Origin: Candidatus Curtissbacteria bacterium
GTDB lineage: Bacteria; Patescibacteriota; Microgenomatia; Curtissbacterales; GWA2-41-24
Direction of reading: 5' to 3'
Assembly: GCA_030647775.1 (NCBI GenBank)
Contig: JAUSJC010000010.1
Coordinates: forward strand, 72,718 to 136,717
Length of the DNA: 64,000 nt
The notes under the pieces: generated by a model
What the model was told of the DNA's origin: nothing
Seen by the model: the letters and a program-made list of their open reading frames with translations, nothing else
Database searches by the model: none
In this document: piece after piece, positions 1-8,374 of the stretch
Numbering within the stretch: the first letter of the stretch is position 1
How the letters are laid out: every line of letters starts with the position of its first letter
Made by a program: the position numbers and the translations under genes

Positions 1-450
1 TCAAAATTCCGCCGGACGGCAATGAGCATTGCCAGGGTTATAGGCAGGATCATAAAAATTTCCGTGAGCGCCAAATTACCCTCAATCAGGCGAAGCGATG
101 ACAATACTCCAAAAATAGCCATTGTCCAAAGCGCCCGTTTCTTGCCTAAAACTGCTAGAGCCACTTCATAAAGAACCGTTCCCGTTATTAAAACTACCGC
201 AAGGGTAACTAGCCTCAAACTGAACATTGAAACACCAAAAGCCTTAAAAATGCCCGCGTACGTCAAATAAATCATTGGCGGTTTGTTATCCCATGCCGTC
301 AGGTAAAGGGTTCCGCCAAGATTTAAATTGCGACCAACTGCCGCGAAAATTCCCTCGTCCCCGTACCAGAACGGCTCAAAAAGAGAAGGCAGCCTTAAAA
401 CAAAGATTCCAAAAAGAATCAAAGCGAAAATTATAAAATGTCTTTTCATT
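1..450 (-). CDS. Partial (N-terminal part; gene continues beyond window start) membrane glycosyltransferase, GT39/GT83 (PMT/ArnT-like) family
   Basis: Reverse strand reads MKRHFIIFALILFGIFVLRLPSLFEPFWYGDEGIFAAVGRNL... with multiple TM helices; typical N-terminus of ArnT/PMT-like lipid-carrier-dependent glycosyltransferases; ORF runs off window edge. Confidence 0.45.
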
Positions 451-532
451 AATGTTTGAATAAATACCAATACTACCAATGACAAATCAATGATTAATAA
501 TTTAATATTTAAATATTTTTCATTTCGAGCTT

Positions 533-633
533 GCGAGAAATAAGCTCTCTTATTGATTGGTACTTATTTCGAATATTTGAGAAACAAGCTCTCTTATTTC
601 AAGTTTACGAGAAACAAGCTCTCTTATTTGTTA
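533..633. repeat. Three tandem/interspersed copies of a 20-nt unit GAGAAAYAAGCTCTCTTATT plus two copies of TTGGTACTTATTT
   Basis: Copies at 535-555, 585-607, 611-633; related copies at 46006-46028 (inside nusA C-term) and 63965-63984. Confidence 0.8.
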
Positions 634-649
634 TTGGTACTTATTTTCG

Positions 650-1996
650 TCATTCCCTCACATTGAGGGAAGGCCCTGGTGTCATCTGGAAAATGCGTCC
701 TGACGGAGTTGCTTCGATTGTCACTGATTTATCCTGGGCCATTGTATCCAAAAGTGCCTTGCCGGAAAATTGGATTAAACCCTCCGGTAGAACTACTATG
801 TTATTGGTAATCCCGCTGCGGTTCCGGTAATAGGTAACCTCGGCAAACGATGGCAGAACCGTCACAATCGTGTCTCCCGGAGTAATCTGTGGGACAACTT
901 TATCTCGGTAGACTTCCCGGAACGAATAAGGGCTCGAGAAAAATGTCCGAAAATCGATTAAAAGGGCCAAAATCAAAACCGCACCGATTGAAATCTTAAA
1001 AAGCACGGGCGGCAATTTCTGGCCGCTATGGACAGCCACCATCGAAAGAGGTACCGAAGCCCCAATTAAATACCGCCAGAAAAAAAGCGGCCGCAAAGGG
1101 AATTTAAATTCGTCAACCTTAAGACCGGGAAGTGAAGCTAAAATAAAAGGCACGATTGCCCAAAGCCAAATTAACATGTAGGGTTTTTCGAACTTGCGCC
1201 TGACCAAATGTTGGTATATGCCAACCAGAAGTAAACCGGCCGAAAGCCAAAAAAGCGGGAATTGAAAAGCATTCTGTTCTTCTCCGGCTAAAATTCGCAG
1301 TAAGGCCTCATAGTGAGTGCTTATGTTAATTGCCCCGATCCAGAAGCTGGCACCGGCCGACATCACTTGCTTTGCCAAAAATGGAATCCAGGGCAAATAC
1401 AAAACACCGCAGGCAATTCCCAAGCCCAGAGTCTTTACTAAAATCTTCCGGTCAAACAGCAAAACATAAAGCCCCTCGGCGAGAATCGTAAAAAACATGT
1501 AGTAATGTGTATAAATTCCAAGCGTTGAAAAAAGTACGAAAAGTATTGCGGACTTTCTCGTAAACTTCTCCGAAAGCCTCAAAAGAAAATAGACAGAACC
1601 GGTTGCCGCAAATGCAAATAGCGTGTAGTTTCTTGCTTCAAATGCGTAGCGGAAAAAGATGGGGTTAACAAAAACGGCGACTGCCGATAAAATTCCAAAT
1701 AAATGCCTGCCCTCCGAAGCCTTGGCGAAGGAGGGCCCCTTGAATAGGGAGGCTAAAAGATAAACGAGATAAATGGTTGCCAGGAAAAAAAATATCGAAA
1801 TCGAACGGGTTACAATTTCAGTCGGCGGTAAAAACTTATAAACCGCTTCGACAATCGAATAATAAGCCGGCGGATGGAAATCGGCCGCCGTTGTTTTGAG
1901 CATCTGGGAGTAGGGAAGTTGGGAGATCAAAGAAGTCCAAGCTTCATCGCCCCAAAAACCGCGCGTCAAATATGTCTGGGCAAAAACTGAAAACAT
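650..1996 (-). CDS. Membrane glycosyltransferase, GT39/GT83 (ArnT/PMT-like) family
   Basis: 448 aa polytopic membrane protein; N-term ...WGDEAW... ; paralogous to partial upstream gene. Confidence 0.55.
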   Translation of the reverse strand: MFSVFAQTYLTRGFWGDEAWTSLISQLPYSQMLKTTAADFHPPAYYSIVEAVYKFLPPTEIVTRSISIFFFLATIYLVYLLASLFKGPSFAKASEGRHLFGILSAVAVFVNPIFFRYAFEARNYTLFAFAATGSVYFLLRLSEKFTRKSAILFVLFSTLGIYTHYYMFFTILAEGLYVLLFDRKILVKTLGLGIACGVLYLPWIPFLAKQVMSAGASFWIGAINISTHYEALLRILAGEEQNAFQFPLFWLSAGLLLVGIYQHLVRRKFEKPYMLIWLWAIVPFILASLPGLKVDEFKFPLRPLFFWRYLIGASVPLSMVAVHSGQKLPPVLFKISIGAVLILALLIDFRTFFSSPYSFREVYRDKVVPQITPGDTIVTVLPSFAEVTYYRNRSGITNNIVVLPEGLIQFSGKALLDTMAQDKSVTIEATPSGRIFQMTPGPSLNVRE

Positions 1997-2041
1997 CTAT
2001 CCTAGTATATTTGCAAAATCGGAAATTGACAAACAGATAGA

Positions 2042-3478
2042 CTAATTTTTTTTGAGAAGATAGACGTCGCCGGAGGCAGCAACCAGCTTATAGATATTTC
2101 CGTCAACTAGCTCCCGAAATTGCCTGGTTGCTGTTTGCAAATTTCCGTTATAGAAATTCCAATTGTTTTGGCCCGGATGGAGGTCAAAAACAATATAGTC
2201 TGCGCTATGGAAGTTTGGTAATAAATAAATAAATTTCCGGTGTGAAACATGCGGCAGCAAATTATTTTGGGAGGCGAGAGATGCGTCTTTTGGTACTAGG
2301 GATAAGATTTTTCGCGTATCGGCCGTCCATGGTTCGTCCTGATAAAAGTTTTTCTTGAGTAAATTCTTAAGTGGGGCGTGAAGCAGCCCAAAAGACATTG
2401 CCTGTCCGAAAATAATAAGGGCAATAATTATTGCCGCCGCACTGCGCTTTGGGAATCTTGCCAAAAGCATCCTGGCGCCAAATATTGCCGACACACTCAT
2501 CAAAACTCCAAGCTCCGCTCCGTAGTGGTAATAAAGGGTCCAGCGGATTGGATGCATCAGGTCTAAAAATCTTGACGCAAATTGAAATAAAATAGCCGGC
2601 GCAAGCGGCAAAAACGATAAAGGGATAAAACCAAATGATAAAAAAGACCAGAAGACCGTCGAAATTTTTTCTATAGGGAATAAAAAACTTCCAAGCGCTA
2701 AAAGGGGATTTTTAAGGTATTCAAAAATTGCACCCGGTAAAGTGTCATTAGTTTGGACAAAAGAGCCGTAATGAGATTGCCCAAGCGCCGGCATAACTAC
2801 TCCGATTGCGGTCATGGACCAGGCAAGTGGGATAATTACTGTCGCCAGCGCCGTCTTAATATTTTTCGTCCTTATCCAGACATAAATGCCAATAGTCGAA
2901 ATCAAAAAACCCACGTTTTCCCTAACCGTCAAACACAAAATTAATGCCGCGAGAAAGCTACGCCAGCGCCGTTTCTCCAAAAAGAAGAAAAGCCAGGCAA
3001 GGGCAAAAGGCAACATCGCCATCTCATGAAAGTCATAAACATTGACCGATTGGATGCCGACAAAATTAAGGTACGAAAAAGCGATAACCAAAGCCAAAAC
3101 GTTTGGCAAGACCCTCCTTGCCATGAGCCAGATTGGGAAAACCGCCGCCGACAAAATCACCGCCTGAAAAATTAAAATAACTCTTTCGTTGTCCGTGAAC
3201 CAGTAAAGAGTCGATAAAGGTATCATGATCGGCCGGAATCTGTCCGCCAGGTCAAAAAGGAAAGTGACGGTAGAAAATGGGCTTTGGAACTTGCTGTAAA
3301 GCCACAAAGCCTGGTCATAGATACTGAAATCAATTCCCTGGGATTGGAAGTGGTTGTGGCGGATAACAGCCAGTAAACTGTAAAGAGTGGAAAAAATAAG
3401 GAAAAACGCGACGATAACCCAGAAGTCGCGGCTGACCCCGCCAATTTTTTTTAAATCACTAGACCTTTTCTGTAACAC
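2042..3478 (-). CDS. DUF2079-like polytopic membrane protein (putative glycosyl/mannosyltransferase-like)
   Basis: 478 aa, many TM helices, N-terminal ...RHNHFQSQGIDFSIYDQALW... resembles DUF2079 family. Confidence 0.45.
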   Translation of the reverse strand: MLQKRSSDLKKIGGVSRDFWVIVAFFLIFSTLYSLLAVIRHNHFQSQGIDFSIYDQALWLYSKFQSPFSTVTFLFDLADRFRPIMIPLSTLYWFTDNERVILIFQAVILSAAVFPIWLMARRVLPNVLALVIAFSYLNFVGIQSVNVYDFHEMAMLPFALAWLFFFLEKRRWRSFLAALILCLTVRENVGFLISTIGIYVWIRTKNIKTALATVIIPLAWSMTAIGVVMPALGQSHYGSFVQTNDTLPGAIFEYLKNPLLALGSFLFPIEKISTVFWSFLSFGFIPLSFLPLAPAILFQFASRFLDLMHPIRWTLYYHYGAELGVLMSVSAIFGARMLLARFPKRSAAAIIIALIIFGQAMSFGLLHAPLKNLLKKNFYQDEPWTADTRKILSLVPKDASLASQNNLLPHVSHRKFIYLLPNFHSADYIVFDLHPGQNNWNFYNGNLQTATRQFRELVDGNIYKLVAASGDVYLLKKN

Positions 3479-3535
3479 ATTAGGCCCGCAGTCCCAAGTC
3501 TCGAAAGGACGAGGACCGCAGAGTTACTTCCTTAA

Positions 3536-3690
3536 AAAATTTATACCTTCTCTGTAACTCTATTCGCAGAAAGGGTAACCTCCCATAAAATTTTATACTT
3601 TTTCAGTCACCCTTATTTCTTGCGTAGCAAGAAGCAGAGTAACGTCCTCTGAAAATTATACTTTCTCCGTTACTCTATATTCTAAATATT
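3536..3690. repeat. Three imperfect direct repeats AAAWTTTATACYTTCTCYGTWACTCTAT in the GT2 upstream spacer
   Basis: Copies near 3537-3566, 3588-3612, 3652-3681; preceded by GGCCCGCAG...GAGGACCGCAG element (3484-3526). Confidence 0.7.
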
Positions 3691-5143
3691 TTCCAAGCAT
3701 TAACCGCGTATGGGCATCAATCCCCGGCAGTGCCGTAAAAACAAAAGTCACAACCGGCATTAAAATAAACTCTAGTGGCATTGTAATTTTACGGATTAAA
3801 CTAACATCTGCCCTCTTTGGTCTTTGTTTTAAATCCACGATTAAGATTACAAGCAGAAATCCCCAACATGCCGTCAAAATTCCAAAAGAAATTCTCGGCA
3901 AATTCTGGCCCATCACAGTTTGGGCAAAAAGCGGATTTATAAGAACTGGGATTGTCGCGCCAAGCGTTATAGCAAACCAGTTAACCGGCCAGAGGAAATG
4001 GTCCTCCAAAACCTTAGCAACCCGAACAGTCCTTCTCCAAAAAGGGATATGGGTATGGGTGAGCCACTTTTTAATAAAGTATGAATCATCCGAAACCCCC
4101 CACGCCCAGCGTTTTTCCTGCTCATACAAATTAACGAGCGATTTAAAGTAGCTAGTTGACTGGGCACAATCGGCATAAACCGGTAAAAATATCGGGTCGA
4201 CATCGACCTTACCCTCTTTAGCAAAAAAACTTTTGAAAAATATCCTGAAATCCTCTGGAATTACATCAACATCCCAATATCCAACATCATCGAGCAGCTT
4301 TAAAGAAAGTGAATACATCGAACAATTAACCAGCCGGTCAGTGCGGCTGTTTAAACCGGTTTGCCAAACAGAAGAAAGCGAACTCATAACCCGTATTGGC
4401 GCCGGAGTTTTCCAGATGTTGTTGTAAAAAAGCACAATCGGCTGCCAGAACGATAAATATCTGTGGTCGCTGGCCAAAAACTTATATGTAAGGCAAGAAA
4501 GATATTTTCCGTCAAAAATCCCGTCGGCATCTTTGGAAGTTACCGTAATGTAGTCAATGTTACGTCTCTGGCGATCTACCAAAATTTTCTTGGCAAGCTT
4601 CCCGGCGTATGCTTCGTTGGAAGATTTCCCTTTAACCTCGCCCTTGACGTCCGGATGGTATGTAACAATAAAATTGGCAAATTTGTTTTTATATTTGGAA
4701 GCTAAAACTTTTGCTTTATCACGAGCCTCTTTTCCCTCCCTGTCTTCAAATGCCAGACAAATCGAAATTTGTTTTTTCGGTATATCTTGGTTGGCTATCG
4801 AATCAACACCCTTTTCAATTGTATGTATTGGCTCTTTATAAGTCGGGATGACAACTAAATGGTGGACTTTGCCAAAATCAGGCAGTCGTTTAGCATCGGC
4901 GAGCCAGTCATATCTCTTGGCTGCGTTGAGTTTTACGTGGGATAGTACCGAAGTTACGGCCAAAGACCCGGATTTATAAAACCACAAAACGTCAAACAAA
5001 ATTATATAGTAGGCAACGTAATGGGGAATCCAAAAAGAACCCCAGACTGGAAAAAGGATCAGAGACCACGAAAAAGTCCCCGGCAAAATTTCCAGGAATC
5101 TATGGACTTGGCGGTCGTACCGTTCGACAAATTTTTTAATCAT
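3656..5143 (-). CDS. Family 2 glycosyltransferase, processive (cellulose/chitin/PNAG-synthase-like)
   Basis: 495 aa; N-terminal TM, GT2 core, QEKRW (QxxRW) motif, C-terminal TM helices. Confidence 0.6.
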   Translation of the reverse strand: MIKKFVERYDRQVHRFLEILPGTFSWSLILFPVWGSFWIPHYVAYYIILFDVLWFYKSGSLAVTSVLSHVKLNAAKRYDWLADAKRLPDFGKVHHLVVIPTYKEPIHTIEKGVDSIANQDIPKKQISICLAFEDREGKEARDKAKVLASKYKNKFANFIVTYHPDVKGEVKGKSSNEAYAGKLAKKILVDRQRRNIDYITVTSKDADGIFDGKYLSCLTYKFLASDHRYLSFWQPIVLFYNNIWKTPAPIRVMSSLSSVWQTGLNSRTDRLVNCSMYSLSLKLLDDVGYWDVDVIPEDFRIFFKSFFAKEGKVDVDPIFLPVYADCAQSTSYFKSLVNLYEQEKRWAWGVSDDSYFIKKWLTHTHIPFWRRTVRVAKVLEDHFLWPVNWFAITLGATIPVLINPLFAQTVMGQNLPRISFGILTACWGFLLVILIVDLKQRPKRADVSLIRKITMPLEFILMPVVTFVFTALPGIDAHTRLMLGKYLEYRVTEKV

Positions 5144-5967
5144 ATCCCAAACAGTTTCTTAGCATTATCACCAGTTATATCACTGATCCGGTCAAATGGA
5201 AGATTGCGAAGATCGGCCAAGAATTGAGCTGTTATTCTAACATTTTTCGGTTCATTAGTCTTGCCGCGCAGGGGAACGGGGGAAAGAAAGGGGGAATCGG
5301 TCTCCACCAAAATCCTATCCTCCGGTACCATCTTGGCAACTTGGGAAATCTGCCCGGCATTTTTGAAAGTCACAATTCCGGAAAAGGAAATGTAGAATCC
5401 TAAATCAAGCGCTTTCTTTGCTTGTTCCCAGTTGCCCGTCCAGGAATGGAATACCCCTTTTTTTGTCGATCGACCAAAAAATGGGAACAATAGCGCGAAG
5501 GTGTCATCCCAAGCATTGCGACAATGGACAATCAGAGGAAGGTCAAGCTCTTTTGCCAATTTTATTTGCGCTTCAAATAGTTCTCTCTGGGCTTTTTTCT
5601 GGTCCTCACTTGTTGCCGGACCTTGATCAGTCTTTTCTAAAAAATAATCCATCCCGCATTCACCAATCCCGACAACTTTTTTCGAAGACTGCGCGACTTT
5701 TTTTAATTCATCTATAAAATTAGGTCCGTACTTTTTAATATCTTTTGGACCTTCCTGCGCGTGTATCCCGCAAGTGGCGTAAACGTTAACAAGATCCGTC
5801 CCTTCGGCTATCTCAATCGACTTTCTACTCGCATCAATCGATGTTCCGACGTTAATGATTGTCGTCACCCCGGCCTCTTTCGCCCGAAGCAGCTCGATTT
5901 TTATATCTCGAATCATACCTGCCTTGCCGGCAGGCAGGTCCAAATGGCAATGGGTATCTGTGAGCAT
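5140..5967 (-). CDS. tatD: TatD family metal-dependent hydrolase/DNase
   Basis: MLTDTHCHLD..., GECGMDY motif; 21-nt palindrome CCTGCCTTGCCGGCAGGCAGG inserted in frame at 5918-5938 (encodes LPAGKAG). Confidence 0.85.
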   Translation of the reverse strand: MLTDTHCHLDLPAGKAGMIRDIKIELLRAKEAGVTTIINVGTSIDASRKSIEIAEGTDLVNVYATCGIHAQEGPKDIKKYGPNFIDELKKVAQSSKKVVGIGECGMDYFLEKTDQGPATSEDQKKAQRELFEAQIKLAKELDLPLIVHCRNAWDDTFALLFPFFGRSTKKGVFHSWTGNWEQAKKALDLGFYISFSGIVTFKNAGQISQVAKMVPEDRILVETDSPFLSPVPLRGKTNEPKNVRITAQFLADLRNLPFDRISDITGDNAKKLFGI

Positions 5968-5968
5968 T

Positions 5969-7430
5969 TTAAATTCTTGGAAATAGCGGTTTTTCTACGG
6001 AAATTTTCCCGGTGAATTGGGTCAAAATCACCTCACTGGTTTCCGGCAAAAACGGCCCTAGATTAAAAGCTATTTCGCGGATTTCTTGCGCTATCGGTGT
6101 AATTACTTTTTTCAATTTTGCCCCTTCCAATTCCCACGGCTTTTCTGCGTTGATCTTTTTATCAAGCACCGATATCTCTTCCCATAGACCGATCATTGCT
6201 TGATCAAACCGAAAGTTTTTAAGGTTCTCCAAAACCACTTTTTTAAAAGTAAAATTCTTTTTTTCGGGCAGAGCCAAGTTTGTGTCGCTTGCCAAACGTG
6301 CAACTCTTGCCACTAAATTCCCAATCCCATTTGCTAGTTCGCCGTTGTAAAGATCATGAAACCGGGTAAGCGAAAAATCCCCGTCACCCCAAGCGGGAAT
6401 TTCGCGAAGTAAATAAAACCTCACCGCCTCTTTCCCGAATTTTTCTACCAGTTCAAATGGGTCAATAACATTTCCAAGTGATTTGGAAATTTTTTGCCCT
6501 TCAACAGTTATATAACCATGGACAAATTCATCAGTTGGTAGTGGCAACCCGGCACTGGCCAACATCGCCGGCCAGTAAACGGCGTGGAAACGAATGATTC
6601 CCTTGCCAATAACGTGCAGGCGGTTTTTGTTATCGATCCAATATTTTTTATAAAGATCCTCATCTTTCCCCTCCGGGCCAGAGGCCCCTCCGGGCCGGCG
6701 GCCAAACCCAAGCGCCGTTAAATATGTAACCAGCGCATCAAACCAAACATACATAATCTGCGTTTCATCTCCCGGCACCGGTACACCCCACGAGTGTGCA
6801 CGCGCAACAGAACGGGAAATACTAAAATCTTCCAGTCCCTGGCGTATAAACGAAAGCACCTCGTGCTTTTTTGTTTGCGGGACAATTTTGAGTCTATCCG
6901 TCTGGATTAAATCGTCCAGATATTTTTGATAGTTGGAAAGTTTGAAAAAATAATTTTCTTCTTCAATCTCATCGATATTTGTATGTCCTTCCAGGCACTT
7001 GCCGTCGACGATTTCGCTGGGCGTATAAAACGCCTCACACCCCACACAATAAAGCCCCCGATAATTTTTCTTGTAAATATCTTCTTCCTTGCACAAGGAC
7101 CACAACTTTTGCGCTCCGGCAAAATGTTCTTTTGTCGCCGTTCGGTTGAAAACATCAAAGGTTAAATTTAAAGCGTCTTTTAGGCTTTCGAATCGATCCG
7201 CGTATTTTTTTACAAGAGCATCAGTCTTTACGCCCTCCGCTTCCGCCGCCTGTACATTCTTCAAAGAATTCTCATCACTCCCGGAAGAAAAGTAAACGTC
7301 ATACCCCGTCGCTCTATAAAATCTCGCCAGAGCATCCGTCTGCACAAACTCCAGTGCGTGTCCGACGTGCGGGTTGGCGTTAACATAAGGAATAGCGGTA
7401 GTAACATAAATTCGTTTCATTTTTTTCTCG
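5969..7430 (-). CDS. metG: Methionyl-tRNA synthetase
   Basis: TTAIPYVNANPHVGHA (HIGH region) and KISKSLGNV (KMSKS) motifs. ORF track extends to 7621 through two repeat elements; true start most likely MKRIY at 7430. Confidence 0.9.
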
Positions 7431-7438
7431 TCATCCCG

Positions 7439-7512
7439 AACTGACACTTGTGTCATCCCGAACTTGTTTCGGGATCTATTTTGATTCAGGATCTTTCCGA
7501 CAATTATATATT
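7439..7512. repeat. Palindromic MITE-like element, GTCATCCYGAAC...GTTCRGGATGAC family (hairpin GATCCCGAAACAAGTTCGGGATGAC)
   Basis: Nearly identical copies at 21639-21748 and 63624-63716; related copies at 17803-17858, 19381-19415, 8281-8372, 49161-49258, 52521-52608, 31332-31394, 25245-25309. Confidence 0.85.
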
Positions 7513-7600
7513 CTTCGAGTGAGTTCTGCATTGCAGAACGAATCGAGAAGTTTAGAAGTTTGAATAGTTCTCGACTTCGCTCGAACAATAAATCAATAGT
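7513..7600. repeat. MITE-like element with terminal inverted repeats CTTCGAGYGAG ... GCTCGAACAATA and internal palindrome GTTCTGCATTGCAGAAC
   Basis: Family copies at 8183-8240, 12926-12960, 18556-18660, 19246-19330, 26205-26240, 30888-30977, 35660-35754, 52497-52644, 63950-63990. Confidence 0.8.
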
Positions 7601-7615
7601 TGTACAATATAAGTA

Positions 7616-8182
7616 ATGCAAAAAGGTTTCATCGGTCCGACAATTGTCGTACTCATCGGCATTCTTGCCCTAGCTGGTCTAATTGGTCTTGCCTTTTACC
7701 TCGGCAAAAAATCCACCGGCCCAACAGCGACAACCCCTGTTGCCCAGCAAGATGAAACTACAAATTGGAAAACATACACAAGTCAAGTAACCCAGGTGGA
7801 ACTTAAATTGCCACAAGATTGGACAGAACGCCAAGAAGGCAAAACGCTTTTCTTGAAAGACAAGAAAAGCACGAGTGAGATTACAATTGTAAAAGATTTT
7901 GAAGGAGGTTTTGGGAGCAACTTGGAAGAGGCAAGGGATCCAAGGGAGATTACAATAGGCGGACAAAAAGCAACTATATATTATTATCACTCTGCCGACA
8001 ATTTTGCTGTTCTTCTTGGTGAATCCGGAACCCCAGTAGTAGATAGGGAGAACATATTTTCCAACATCTTTATCGAAAGAGGACAAGGAAACTATTTAAT
8101 TTTGGGAATGTGGAAGGCAACAGATCAGGATGCAGAAATATTACTTAACCAAATCCTCTCCACCTTCAAATTCACAAACTAG
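7616..8182 (+). CDS. Secreted/membrane-anchored protein, paralog A of a 3-member family (N-terminal signal anchor, ...GKKSTGPTATTPV..NWKTYT.. core, C-terminal QILSTFKFT)
   Basis: 188 aa; paralogs at 17882-18553 and 18698-19243 share N- and C-termini with divergent middle; -10-like element immediately upstream (leaderless-type start). Confidence 0.6.
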   Translation: MQKGFIGPTIVVLIGILALAGLIGLAFYLGKKSTGPTATTPVAQQDETTNWKTYTSQVTQVELKLPQDWTERQEGKTLFLKDKKSTSEITIVKDFEGGFGSNLEEARDPREITIGGQKATIYYYHSADNFAVLLGESGTPVVDRENIFSNIFIERGQGNYLILGMWKATDQDAEILLNQILSTFKFTN

Positions 8183-8280
8183 TTAGTTCTCGACTCATTC
8201 CGTCGAGCCAGACTCGACCCCATTCGCTCGAATAATAATCATATACCCGTTTTTTTGACGATCGCAAATTTTTTGGGTAT

Positions 8281-8372
8281 TTCAGATTCTAAAACAAGTC
8301 CAGAATGACACACTCTTAAGTCATCCTCGCGAAAGCGAGGACCTGGATTCTCGATCAGGTCGAGAATGACTA
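8281..8372. repeat. Composite palindromic repeat (AGATTCTAAAACAAGTCCAGAATGAC + GTCATCCTCGCGAAAGCGAGGAC + GTCGAGAATGAC)
   Basis: Multiple hairpins, member of GTCATYC...GAATGAC families. Confidence 0.7.
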
Positions 8373-8374
8373 TG

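Noticed and set aside
531-830. ORFs 531-830, 2378-2566, 3967-4224, 4463-4841, 5418-5717, 6508-7295, 8517-9161, 9603-10748 and the many other short ORFs nested in or antisense to large genes
   Set aside because: They overlap well-supported conserved genes on the opposite strand or in another frame. They have repeat-derived or low-complexity translations. None shows family resemblance.
7431-7621. N-terminal 64-aa extension of metG (ORF-track start 7621)
   Set aside because: The extension is a translation through two repeat elements (MHYLYCTTIDLLFERSREL...). The conserved MetRS sequence begins at MKRIY (7430).
7616-8182. Type IV prepilin identity for the three paralogs
   Set aside because: The N-termini are hydrophobic signal anchors, but they lack the class III signal motif (G/FTLxE with conserved Glu5).
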